Shown: in pieces, positions 30,592 to 39,706 of the stretch
Position numbering within the stretch: the first letter of the stretch is position 1
Layout of the letters: every line of letters begins with the position of its first letter
Virus record (IMG/VR): IMGVR_UViG_3300005099_000066
Span: 12,949 to 76,948 of that record
DNA length: 64,000 bases
Source: a virus
Strand: one strand, 5' to 3'
Position numbers and translations under genes: made by a program
The notes under the pieces: model-generated
Told to the model about the DNA's origin: nothing
Database searches by the model: none
What the model saw: only the letters and a program-made list of their open reading frames with translations

Positions 30592-32962
30592 AACTCTGAG
30601 AGAAGAATGTAAAAATTGTATATTCTTCAATAATGCGTATGTTCCTCCAGAATATCCTTTTGGTGATGAAAAAATTGATGTTTTGTTTATAGGAGAAGCT
30701 CCTGGGGTAGAAGAGGAAAGACTTGGAAAGCCATTTGTGGGAAGGTCAGGCCAATTATTTAGAGATGCTCTTGCTGAATTTATAAAGGAATTTCCTCATC
30801 TGAAATTTGGAATAACAAATGTTGTGAAATGCCATCCTCCCAATAATATGACTCCCAAATCAGCTGAAATAAAATTGTGTAAGCCTTTGCTTCTTGATGA
30901 GATAGAGAAGTATGACCCAGATTTTATAATACCTTTAGGAAACACAGCTCTTCAAGCAATAGTTGGAAGGGCAGGTATTCAGAAAAATTTAAATCAAGTT
31001 ATAACTAAAGTTGTTGCTGGAAGGGAGAGAACAATAATACCAACTTTTCATCCTGCTGCTATTTTAAGAAATCCTCATCTATTACAAGATTTTGTGAGAA
31101 CATTTGGTATATTAGAAAAGATAATGAAAGGACAGGTTCTTGAGTTGGAGGATTTCATAGTTGTAGATGATTTTAGGAAGATTGAAAATATGTTGAATGA
31201 TTTATCAAATTCTAAAGCATTTGCTTTTGACCTTGAGACTTCTTCTTTGAATCCTTTTTCTGAGAATGCCAAAATTCTTTGCTTGTCTTTGTCAAATGGG
31301 AAAAATACTTATGTTATCCCTGCTAAAGATTATGAGATGTCTAATCTGATTGACTTGTTAAAAATTGTTTTTTCCCTTCCAGCTAAAAAGATTGCTCACA
31401 ATGCGAAATTTGATGTGAAATGGTTAAAAGTTTTTGGTGTGGAAGTTAAGAATCTGGCTTTTGATACTATGATAGCCCACTATTTGATTAATGAAAATTT
31501 GCCTCACTCTCTGGCTTTTATTCTATCTGAAATGGGATTTGTTGACCACAAAGGAGATTTTTCAAGAGCTGTTGGAGGGGAAACTGCTACTTGGAAGGTG
31601 TTATCTGATGAAGAAAAGCTTAATGAATACTGGGATGTTCTTCTTGAGTATAATGCGAAAGATGCTTGGTCAACTTATTTAATCTATGAGAAATTAAAAG
31701 ATAAACTCGAATCAAGTCAGGTTTGGTTAATGGAAAATTTTTATATTCCTTTGATATACACATTTTCAGAAATAGAAATTTATGGGATGAAAGTTGATTT
31801 GAATAGAATCCAGTATTTATCCCAGAAGTATAAGAATGAAATGAAGAAAATTATATCTGAAATGGAAAATTTATCGTCCGTCAAATTTTGGAAGACTCTA
31901 CATCCTGATGAAAAATTTAATCCATCTTCGACAAAGCAAGTTGCTGAAATTATTTTTGATATAGAGAAATTAGAAGTTATTGCTATGACTCCGAAAGGAG
32001 CACCATCGACAAAGAGTGAATTTCTTGAATTTCTTGCCTCGAAATCGAAATTTGTTAAATTGTTGTTAGAATATAGGAAAATTATGAAAAACGAAACTGC
32101 TTTTATAAAAGGCATTCAAAAACATATAAAAATAGATGGATGTGTTCATCCCTCTTATAATCTTATTGGAACAGTGACGGGCAGAATATCTTGTAGAGAG
32201 CCAAACATACAACAGATACCAAAAGATTCAGAAATAAGAACAATATTTGTTCCAAAACTTGATTGGTTTATAGAAGCTGACTTTTCACAAATAGAGTTAA
32301 GAGTTGCTGCTTCTTTGTCTGGGGACCCATATATGATTGATGCTTATAAAAAAGGTGAAGACTTACATACAAAAACTGCTTCTTCCATATTTGGGAAGAG
32401 ACCAGAAGAGGTTTCAGAAGAAGAACGATTTGTGGCAAAAACTATTAATTTTGGTATTTTGTATGGAATGGGAGCAAAGAGTTTACAGGCAAGAGTTTCC
32501 AGAGAAGGAATAAATATACCTTTGAAAAAGGCAGAAGAATATATCAGAAAGTTCTTTATAGCCTATCCTGTTTTGAAAGCTTGGGTAGATGAGCAAAAAT
32601 CAAAAGTTCTTGGTTCCAGAATGGTAGTGTCTCCTTTTGGAAGAATTAGAAGATTAATGGGAACTTCTGATGATGATTTGAGACAGGGTGTAAATGCTCC
32701 TGTTCAGGGAACTGCTTCTGATTTAACTTTGTTTTCTGTGATGTTTCTTCACAATGAATTTAAAAGGAGAGGTTTGAAATCCCATATAGTAGGTTCAGTT
32801 CATGATTCAATATTATTTGATGTGGCTGATGAAGAATTACACTGTGTTGTGACTCTAATAAAACAGATAATGGAAGGACTTGATTTTGATTTTATAAAAG
32901 TTCCTTTGAAAGTAGATGTTGCAATAGGAAAGGCATGGGGAGAAATTTTAATGGAGGTATAA
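30584..32962 (+). CDS. polA: Family A DNA polymerase with N-terminal family-4 UDG-like domain and 3'-5' exonuclease
   Basis: UDG: CxxC, GEAPG, KCHPP..C, HPAAILRN. Exo: DLET, HNAKFD, YNAKDA. Pol motifs: ADFSQIELR, KTINFGILYG, VHDS. Confidence 0.95.
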   Translation: MDKTLREECKNCIFFNNAYVPPEYPFGDEKIDVLFIGEAPGVEEERLGKPFVGRSGQLFRDALAEFIKEFPHLKFGITNVVKCHPPNNMTPKSAEIKLCKPLLLDEIEKYDPDFIIPLGNTALQAIVGRAGIQKNLNQVITKVVAGRERTIIPTFHPAAILRNPHLLQDFVRTFGILEKIMKGQVLELEDFIVVDDFRKIENMLNDLSNSKAFAFDLETSSLNPFSENAKILCLSLSNGKNTYVIPAKDYEMSNLIDLLKIVFSLPAKKIAHNAKFDVKWLKVFGVEVKNLAFDTMIAHYLINENLPHSLAFILSEMGFVDHKGDFSRAVGGETATWKVLSDEEKLNEYWDVLLEYNAKDAWSTYLIYEKLKDKLESSQVWLMENFYIPLIYTFSEIEIYGMKVDLNRIQYLSQKYKNEMKKIISEMENLSSVKFWKTLHPDEKFNPSSTKQVAEIIFDIEKLEVIAMTPKGAPSTKSEFLEFLASKSKFVKLLLEYRKIMKNETAFIKGIQKHIKIDGCVHPSYNLIGTVTGRISCREPNIQQIPKDSEIRTIFVPKLDWFIEADFSQIELRVAASLSGDPYMIDAYKKGEDLHTKTASSIFGKRPEEVSEEERFVAKTINFGILYGMGAKSLQARVSREGINIPLKKAEEYIRKFFIAYPVLKAWVDEQKSKVLGSRMVVSPFGRIRRLMGTSDDDLRQGVNAPVQGTASDLTLFSVMFLHNEFKRRGLKSHIVGSVHDSILFDVADEELHCVVTLIKQIMEGLDFDFIKVPLKVDVAIGKAWGEILMEV

Positions 32963-32963
32963 A

Positions 32964-33299
32964 ATGATAGATATGTTTGATTATAATTCTAATCTCGAAA
33001 AGACTGTTTTTCAAATTATTTCCGAAAGTTGGGATTTGGATGATGAGGAATTAACTGAAAGAGTAAGATTCTTTTTGTTGGAATATATAACAAAATGGTT
33101 TTTTGATAATTATAATGATTTAGTTAAAGTTAAGGGAAATGATATATATTTCTCCAAAAAGTTTGTGCTAAATTATTTATATTTAGCAATACCAGATAAA
33201 TTAGAATCAGAATGGTATGAGCTTTATGTAGGGACAAAAAGGAAGAATGGTGAAGAAATGAGATTTATTTATTTTAAACCAACAAAAGAGGAGGTGTAA
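32964..33299 (+). CDS. Hypothetical protein
   Basis: 111 aa with GGAGG RBS. Confidence 0.55.
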   Translation: MIDMFDYNSNLEKTVFQIISESWDLDDEELTERVRFFLLEYITKWFFDNYNDLVKVKGNDIYFSKKFVLNYLYLAIPDKLESEWYELYVGTKRKNGEEMRFIYFKPTKEEV

Positions 33300-33301
33300 A
33301 G

Positions 33302-34354
33302 ATGTTAAACATAGATAAACTGAAGAAGGACCTCGAAAAACTGTCTACTCCAGAAGGACCAAGCATAAGATGGATGTATCCTCCTGAAGGAGTCACCAGA
33401 GTGAGAATACTTCCTGCTCTTTTTGGCAGTGATGTATTCTATGAAATAGTAGCAAGACACAGAGTTCCTGATTCTGAATCCCCCAGAGGAATTAAATCAT
33501 ACATCTGTAAAAAGCTGACATTTGGACAGGAGTGTCCTATCTGTTCTGCTTATGAAATTCTACAGAAAAGCAAGTCCGCATACAACATAGATGATAAATT
33601 GATAAAGAGTCTAAAGCCATACTTTAGAATCTATGTAAATGCTATCATAAAGGGATGGAAAAGGGCACTACAAGACCCAACATTCATTTACCCAGACACA
33701 TTTCCCCCTGAACAGCCTGTTCTTCTTGTTATCCCTCAAACAGTTCATACCCAAATTTTAAATTTGATTCTTGGAGAGTATGGAGATATAACTGACCCAC
33801 AGAATGGAAGGGATATTGACATTGTTAGAACAACAGTAGGAAATAGAACAGAATATTCAGTTCAGCCAGTTCCCAATCCATCTCCTATTGAAAATGCTTC
33901 TGAGATATTCCAGAAAGCTTATGATTTAAAATCTGTCGTTGCTGAGATGGATGAAGATTACGAATCCTTACAGGAAAGATTTCTCCAGGGTATACTTGGG
34001 GCTTCTACTACAAATATTTTGGCAGGAGTCATAAGTAATATTCTTTCTGGGTATGCTCCACAGCCTTTGACTTCTCCGACTCCTTCTGCTCCGCCAACTC
34101 CAACTCCTACTGTTCAACCAACTCCTCCTTCACCTACCCCTACTGCAAAACCGACTGTTCCTCCGACTCCTACACAAGCTCCAACAGTTCCTCCGACTCC
34201 AACAACTCCTTCAAGTATACCTATTCCAGAACCTCAAACTCCTCCTTCTCCAACTCCTACTCAAGAAACTTCAAAATCAACTCCGACATCCCCAGAGAAT
34301 CTCAGACAAAAGTTGGAAGAGTTAAAGAAGAAATTCTCAAAAGGAAGTTCATAA
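33302..34354 (+). CDS. Single-stranded DNA-binding protein (gp32-like) with Pro/Thr-rich tail
   Basis: RVRILP, H..C...CPIC zinc site, DITDPQNGRDI..RT...TEYSV; position before UvsY/RecA. Confidence 0.75.
   Translation: MLNIDKLKKDLEKLSTPEGPSIRWMYPPEGVTRVRILPALFGSDVFYEIVARHRVPDSESPRGIKSYICKKLTFGQECPICSAYEILQKSKSAYNIDDKLIKSLKPYFRIYVNAIIKGWKRALQDPTFIYPDTFPPEQPVLLVIPQTVHTQILNLILGEYGDITDPQNGRDIDIVRTTVGNRTEYSVQPVPNPSPIENASEIFQKAYDLKSVVAEMDEDYESLQERFLQGILGASTTNILAGVISNILSGYAPQPLTSPTPSAPPTPTPTVQPTPPSPTPTAKPTVPPTPTQAPTVPPTPTTPSSIPIPEPQTPPSPTPTQETSKSTPTSPENLRQKLEELKKKFSKGSS
34065..34295 (+). repeat. Low-complexity Pro/Thr codon repeat
   Basis: Imperfect CCN-ACN repeats encoding PTPSAPPTPTPTVQPTPPSPTPT... 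Confidence 0.85.
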
Positions 34355-34355
34355 A

Positions 34356-34730
34356 ATGGTTTTGAACATAGAGAAAGTTGGAACTACAATAAAAGCTGAT
34401 ATGAATGGAATTGTTTTACACTTTGACCCAGAGACTTTGCTTCAGCCACCAACGCAATTGATAGCTCTTAAGTATCAGTGGGGTTTGGTTAAGTCTGAAA
34501 TAGAGAGAATAAAAAGATACCTCGATTTTGAAGTGAAGAAAACCAAAGCAGAAACAATAAAATCTTTGATGAGTTCAGGTATGTCAAAGACTGCTGCCTC
34601 TGAAGAAGTTGTCCTTGATTCAGCGTATCAGAACAAAGTTCAGCAACTTCAAATATATGAATATTGGTCAGATTTGGTTTATCAAGTTTTATCAGCACTT
34701 GATGGAGCAATCAATGCAAGGGGAGAATAG
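34356..34730 (+). CDS. Putative UvsY-like recombination mediator
   Basis: Helical 124-aa protein between SSB and RecA; call rests mostly on synteny. Confidence 0.45.
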   Translation: MVLNIEKVGTTIKADMNGIVLHFDPETLLQPPTQLIALKYQWGLVKSEIERIKRYLDFEVKKTKAETIKSLMSSGMSKTAASEEVVLDSAYQNKVQQLQIYEYWSDLVYQVLSALDGAINARGE

Positions 34731-34743
34731 GAGAGCCTATAAA

Positions 34744-35724
34744 ATGGACATAAAAATGGACGAAGTAGCCAAAAAGTTGAGTAAGGAAGCTGGGGTGGAG
34801 ATTGTTCCTCCACCCCAAGTTCCTCACGAGAGGATACCTACGGGAATAGCACCTCTTGATTGGTTAATAGAAGGAATTCCTTTATCTGCTGTCACAACTT
34901 TCTTTGGTCCTGAATCTTCTGGTAAAACTACGATTGCTGCTTATGTTGCTGCTAAATTTCAGCAAATGGGAGGTATAGTCTCTTGGATTGATACTGAATA
35001 CTCTTTTTCTACTGAATATTTTCAGAGAATTGGTGTGAATACGAAAAATCTTTTATATACAGTTGGTGTTACAGTTGAACAAGCATTTAAGGTAATGGAA
35101 ACAGTCATTGGATTTTCTCTTGAAAATGACCAGCCATGTCTTGTTGTGTGGGATTCAATTGCTGCTACTCCATCAGAGGAAGAAGAAAGCAGAGCTTTTG
35201 ATGAAAATACAGTTGCTGCTGCTGCGAGAGCACTTTCAAAAGGATTTAGAAAGTTGTCTGTAAAACTTGCGAGGCAACCAAAAGTTGCTTTTTTGATGAT
35301 AACACAAGTAAGGGAGGATATTGGTGGTTCCATTTATGGAACTGGATATGATATGTATGGAGGCAGAGCATTAAAGCATTATCATATGCTTGCTCTGGAG
35401 TTTAGAAGAGTTGGGTATATCAGAGAAGAGATACCAGGAGTGAAAGCCCAAATATTGGTTGCTAAATCAAAGCTTCCGAATGCTCCTATGCTGAAAGGTG
35501 TTTCCCTTTATATCAATTATGGTTATGGAGTTGATGAAGGGAAGTCTTTAGTTGATATAGCAAAGGATTTGGGATACATAAGAGTTCAGGGTGGATGGTG
35601 GAAATTTTCTAAAGGTGATTCCAAAGCTTATAGAAGAAATGAAATAGCATTGGAGTTGTTAAAAAATGAACACAAAAAAGCTTTGGAGTTGCTATGGAGA
35701 GAGAAAAACAAACCATCCATATAG
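34744..35724 (+). CDS. recA: RecA/UvsX recombinase
   Basis: IPTGIAPLD, GPESSGKTT, IDTE, VWDSIAA, GGRALKH, KSK, GGWW. Confidence 0.95.
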   Translation: MDIKMDEVAKKLSKEAGVEIVPPPQVPHERIPTGIAPLDWLIEGIPLSAVTTFFGPESSGKTTIAAYVAAKFQQMGGIVSWIDTEYSFSTEYFQRIGVNTKNLLYTVGVTVEQAFKVMETVIGFSLENDQPCLVVWDSIAATPSEEEESRAFDENTVAAAARALSKGFRKLSVKLARQPKVAFLMITQVREDIGGSIYGTGYDMYGGRALKHYHMLALEFRRVGYIREEIPGVKAQILVAKSKLPNAPMLKGVSLYINYGYGVDEGKSLVDIAKDLGYIRVQGGWWKFSKGDSKAYRRNEIALELLKNEHKKALELLWREKNKPSI

Positions 35725-36203
35725 ATGGGGAGTGGGCTGTTGCCGTTGTAAAGCCCCATAGTCATCCTTTAATTGAGTATCGATATTCAAATTATTTGCT
35801 GAAAAAAGGATTTCCAGAGATTTCTTTTTCATATATAAAACATAACAACAGAATATATCCGAGTTATTATCTGTTTGTTAGAATACAGAATCCGTTGAAT
35901 TTTGATTTTGAACTATGGAGAAATCTTGAGCCAAATCTTTTCTTTTGGTTGCCTTACGGAGCAGAAAGACCATATATGATAGCAGAAAAAGATGTTTCTA
36001 CATACTTTTCGAATCTTGAAAATTATTTGAACAAAATTTTCAAAAACAAATACGAATCTGGAGATAGAGTATGGATTCCTCAGCTTGAAAAGGAAGGTTT
36101 TGTAGTTGAAGTTAGACATAAAGTTCTTCTGGTCGCAACTGAACTGATGAGGAGAACTATTTATATTACTGTTCCAAAATCAGATGTTGTAATGATGAGG
36201 TAA
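35694..36203 (+). CDS. NusG-family (NGN+KOW) transcription elongation/antitermination factor
   Basis: WAVAVVKP, IYPSYYLFVRI (cf. FPGYVFV), and KOW-like YESGDRVWI...GFVVEV...LMRRTIYITV. Confidence 0.65.
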   Translation: MEREKQTIHIDGEWAVAVVKPHSHPLIEYRYSNYLLKKGFPEISFSYIKHNNRIYPSYYLFVRIQNPLNFDFELWRNLEPNLFFWLPYGAERPYMIAEKDVSTYFSNLENYLNKIFKNKYESGDRVWIPQLEKEGFVVEVRHKVLLVATELMRRTIYITVPKSDVVMMR

Positions 36204-36204
36204 T

Positions 36205-36684
36205 ATGATTAGAAAGCCTTACAGAATTGATATACTTACTGGAATGTTCCAAGAAGTTGAGCATATACCTGATAATATTTTGTTGTTTTCCATTTATGGT
36301 GTTCTTCTTGATAGATATAAAAAATCCAGAGTGATTGAATTTGATAAGCAATTTATAGAGCACAGAATGATATTAAGACTTTTATGGAAAAGGCTTTCAT
36401 CTGAGATAATTGATTTGTTTTATGGAAGAAGATTAAAAATTGCAATGATTTTTCTTCAATCCCCTGAGTATCCAAAACCAGTTATAGCTTCTATTTTGGG
36501 AATGAAATTAAAACGATTATATTATGAAAAATTTGTTGTTTATAACAGATTGAAGCAAAGGTTTATTTATGAGTTTGATGTTTTGAAGTTTTTGGAATTG
36601 TGTAATAAATTGTGGGGTTCTAAATTGCTTATATATTCATATAAGTCTTTGGAAAAATTATCTGGAATTAAATCTGATAAATAG
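36205..36684 (+). CDS. HTH protein (sigma region-4-like)
   Basis: PKPVIASILGMKLKRLYYEKFVVYNRLK resembles a region-4/LuxR HTH. Confidence 0.4.
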   Translation: MIRKPYRIDILTGMFQEVEHIPDNILLFSIYGVLLDRYKKSRVIEFDKQFIEHRMILRLLWKRLSSEIIDLFYGRRLKIAMIFLQSPEYPKPVIASILGMKLKRLYYEKFVVYNRLKQRFIYEFDVLKFLELCNKLWGSKLLIYSYKSLEKLSGIKSDK

Positions 36685-36695
36685 GAGGAATAAAG

Positions 36696-37631
36696 ATGAA
36701 CATTTTGATAATTGGTGATACACATTTTCATAACTGGAAATACAAAAAACTTGTTGATTATCAGTATGAATTTATGAATAAAATTATTCCTGATGTATTG
36801 AAAAACAATTCTGTTGATAGTATTGTTCTTCTTGGGGATTTATTTGAATCAAGAAGACTTGTTGATAAAAGACTCGTTGTTGCTGTATTCGAATGGTTAG
36901 AAACTCTTGGCCAGAATTATCCCTTCTTTTTTGTTTTGGGAAATCATGACTTTTATGATTTAACATATTCTCCATTTGAAAAGGCTTTTAAAAAGGTAAA
37001 AGTTATTTCAAAACCTGAAATAATTTCAGTAAAAGGTGTTAAGTTGGGATTTTTGCCTTGGAATTACTGGAAAGATGAAGATATGAAATCCGTATCTGAA
37101 GCAGAGGTTATCTTTTGCCATTTGGAAATAAAAGGTCACAAATACTCTCCAGTATATTCGTATGCTTCTCCAGAAGGTTTGACTTTTATTCCAAAAGACA
37201 AAATCATATTTAATGGTCATTATCACATTCCCTCTGATGAAGGAAGCTTGATATTCGTTGGTTCTATTTTACAGAAGAATTTATCTGATTTGGGTTCTAA
37301 AAAATCTGTTATTTTGTTTAATTCTGATTCAAAATCTTATGAAAGAATATCTCTTCCCCATCCTGAATTCAAATTGGCTTTGTCGAGAGTTGAATTTGAG
37401 GAAATGAGAACAAAATCAGATAAAAGCAACATAATTCCTGTTTTTCAGCCAGCAAAACTTTCTAATTCAAGTTCTACTGATATGTCCACTGAACAGTTGA
37501 ATGTATTTGAACTTGTTGTTGGGGCAGTAAAAAAATTGTCGAAGCAGTTTAATATAAAAGCTGACTTTGGATTGAAACTTGTAAAAGAATATTATGAAAA
37601 GGAGATGTCTCATGAAGCTGATAAAAGTTAA
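36696..37631 (+). CDS. SbcD/Mre11-like nuclease
   Basis: GDTH, LGDLF, GNHD, FCH, GHYH, VGS. Confidence 0.9.
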   Translation: MNILIIGDTHFHNWKYKKLVDYQYEFMNKIIPDVLKNNSVDSIVLLGDLFESRRLVDKRLVVAVFEWLETLGQNYPFFFVLGNHDFYDLTYSPFEKAFKKVKVISKPEIISVKGVKLGFLPWNYWKDEDMKSVSEAEVIFCHLEIKGHKYSPVYSYASPEGLTFIPKDKIIFNGHYHIPSDEGSLIFVGSILQKNLSDLGSKKSVILFNSDSKSYERISLPHPEFKLALSRVEFEEMRTKSDKSNIIPVFQPAKLSNSSSTDMSTEQLNVFELVVGAVKKLSKQFNIKADFGLKLVKEYYEKEMSHEADKS

Positions 37632-39177
37632 AGTGAATAGATTTATGTCATTGCAAAATATTGAATTTGATTTTCCTGCTGGAGTGATTCTTGTTGAAGG
37701 CTACAATGAGGAAACAGGAGGAAGCAATGGAGCAGGTAAGTCTTCTTTGTTTGAAGCAGTATTTTATGCTCTGTATGGAAAAACTCTGAGAGGTTCTACA
37801 GATAACAAAGCCAATGTCGAACTTGAATTTATGGATAATGAAGGTAATGTCTGGTTTATTCACAGAACAAAGATGAAACTCTCTTTGTTCAAGAATGGAA
37901 AGGCAATAACTGATTTAAAAACAAATTTACAGAAAAGGATTGAACAAATTATTGGAGTTTCTTGGAGAACTTTTCAAACAATAATATATTTTACACCTTA
38001 CACAATAACAAAATGGTTTGTTGAGTTTTCTGATACAGACAGAAAAAATATGTTTTCTGAGATTTTGAATCTCCAATGGTTAGATGCTTTGCTTAATAAT
38101 GTAAAGAATAAAAGGAAAGAGCTTGAATCTCAATTTCTACAAAAACAAAATGAGTTCAATACTTCAAGGGCAATAATTTCTGAATTGGAAGAGGCTCTTA
38201 AACCTGCTGAAGGAATAAAATTAGCCATAAACAAAAAAATAGAAGCTTTGAAGGAAATGGGATTTGATTTTAACCAATCTTCTCTCCAGGCATTTAAGGA
38301 ATCTATTGAAGAAGTAATAAATAAAATGTCGCAAGAACTTTCCCAATTAGAGTTTAAAAGAAGGGAATTAAGTGGGAAAATAAATGAAAATATGTCCCAG
38401 ATAAGTAGAATAAAAGTGCTTACTGTTTGTCCTACCTGTAAACAGAAAGTTTCTGATGAGCACAAATCAAAAATTGAAATGGATTTGAAAATGTCTAATG
38501 ATAACATGAATAAGGAGTTGATGAATTTATCTGCCAAAATAACAGAACTTCAATCAGAAGTGACAAGATGGACAGGTATTTTGAATATATTCAAAGAAAT
38601 CGAAATTCTGCAAGCTCAATTAAATAATTTTTCAGGCCAATACAAGAGGCTCGAAAAGTATAAGAATTTGTTACCAAAACAATTCAAAGAATTAGAGAAA
38701 CTTGAAAAAGAAGTTGAAGAAATGAAAATTTGGGAAAAAATATTTTCTCCAACTGGAGTAAAATCAATTGTTCTTGAAAATATAATAAATTTCGTTTCTC
38801 AGTATATGAAGGTTTATTCATATATAATGGGATTGGAAGTTGAGACTGTTATTGATAACAAAGGAAAAATAAATTACTCTGTTGACTATAAGTCATTATC
38901 TTCTGGAGAAAGAAGAAGAGTTGAAGTTGCTCTTCTTTTTGCTCTCAGACAGGTTATTCCTGTTCCATTTGATTTGCTGGTTATTGATGAAATATTTGAC
39001 CATCTTGATTATGTTGGGCTTGAATCTGTTAGTCCAATAATAGAAGAATTTTCTATGGCGAATAATTTGCCCGTATTTGTTGTCTCGCACAGACCAGATT
39101 TGCCTATTCCTTATACTGAAAAGTGGAGAATAGTGAAAACGAAGGGGGGGATATCAAATGTCCTTGAAAGACAGTAA
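37612..39177 (+). CDS. SbcC/Rad50-like ATPase
   Basis: GSNGAGKSS, coiled coil with CPTC zinc hook, LSSGE, IDEIFDHLD, VSH. Confidence 0.93.
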   Translation: MKLIKVKVNRFMSLQNIEFDFPAGVILVEGYNEETGGSNGAGKSSLFEAVFYALYGKTLRGSTDNKANVELEFMDNEGNVWFIHRTKMKLSLFKNGKAITDLKTNLQKRIEQIIGVSWRTFQTIIYFTPYTITKWFVEFSDTDRKNMFSEILNLQWLDALLNNVKNKRKELESQFLQKQNEFNTSRAIISELEEALKPAEGIKLAINKKIEALKEMGFDFNQSSLQAFKESIEEVINKMSQELSQLEFKRRELSGKINENMSQISRIKVLTVCPTCKQKVSDEHKSKIEMDLKMSNDNMNKELMNLSAKITELQSEVTRWTGILNIFKEIEILQAQLNNFSGQYKRLEKYKNLLPKQFKELEKLEKEVEEMKIWEKIFSPTGVKSIVLENIINFVSQYMKVYSYIMGLEVETVIDNKGKINYSVDYKSLSSGERRRVEVALLFALRQVIPVPFDLLVIDEIFDHLDYVGLESVSPIIEEFSMANNLPVFVVSHRPDLPIPYTEKWRIVKTKGGISNVLERQ

Positions 39178-39706
39178 CAATAAATTTGTGAAAATTATAG
39201 GAATTGACCCTTCTATTGTGTCATTAGGCTTTTCGGTAATACAGGGACATTCTAAATGTAATGATTTTGTTTATACTGCTGGTGGAGTGTTTGAAGTGCC
39301 TTCTGATTTGGATTTGGCTTCCAGATATAGAAGAATACGATATTTTATTGAGACTTTGTGCGAAATATATAATCCTGATATGTTTGTGATAGAGGATGTT
39401 GATTTTAGACCATTCATAAAGAGACAGGTTCAATCCTATTTGTTTGGCTCATTTGCTGTGATTTTATCTGCTATTCCATCTTATATAGGTTATTATGCTA
39501 TTAGAAAACAAAAGGTGAATACCATTCTTGGCCTGATTGAGAAAGGGAAGAAAAAATCTTCAAAGCAGATAAAGCAATCTGTGATAAAAAGGTATGAAAA
39601 ATACTTGAGAGGCATAAAAGACAAAAACAAAGAACATGTGGCAGATTCGATAGCAGTTGTTGAAGCTTTCTTGAGGGAAAGCGATGTTGGAAGTTTGCAA
39701 GTATAA
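39158..39706 (+). CDS. RuvC-like Holliday junction resolvase
   Basis: IIGIDPS, FVIED, HVADSIAV. Confidence 0.85.
   Translation: MSLKDSNNKFVKIIGIDPSIVSLGFSVIQGHSKCNDFVYTAGGVFEVPSDLDLASRYRRIRYFIETLCEIYNPDMFVIEDVDFRPFIKRQVQSYLFGSFAVILSAIPSYIGYYAIRKQKVNTILGLIEKGKKKSSKQIKQSVIKRYEKYLRGIKDKNKEHVADSIAVVEAFLRESDVGSLQV

Noticed and set aside
27460-32962. Inteins or introns in nrdJ or polA (also checked terL and helicase)
   Set aside because: Lengths are normal, motifs contiguous, and no intein or homing-endonuclease signatures seen.
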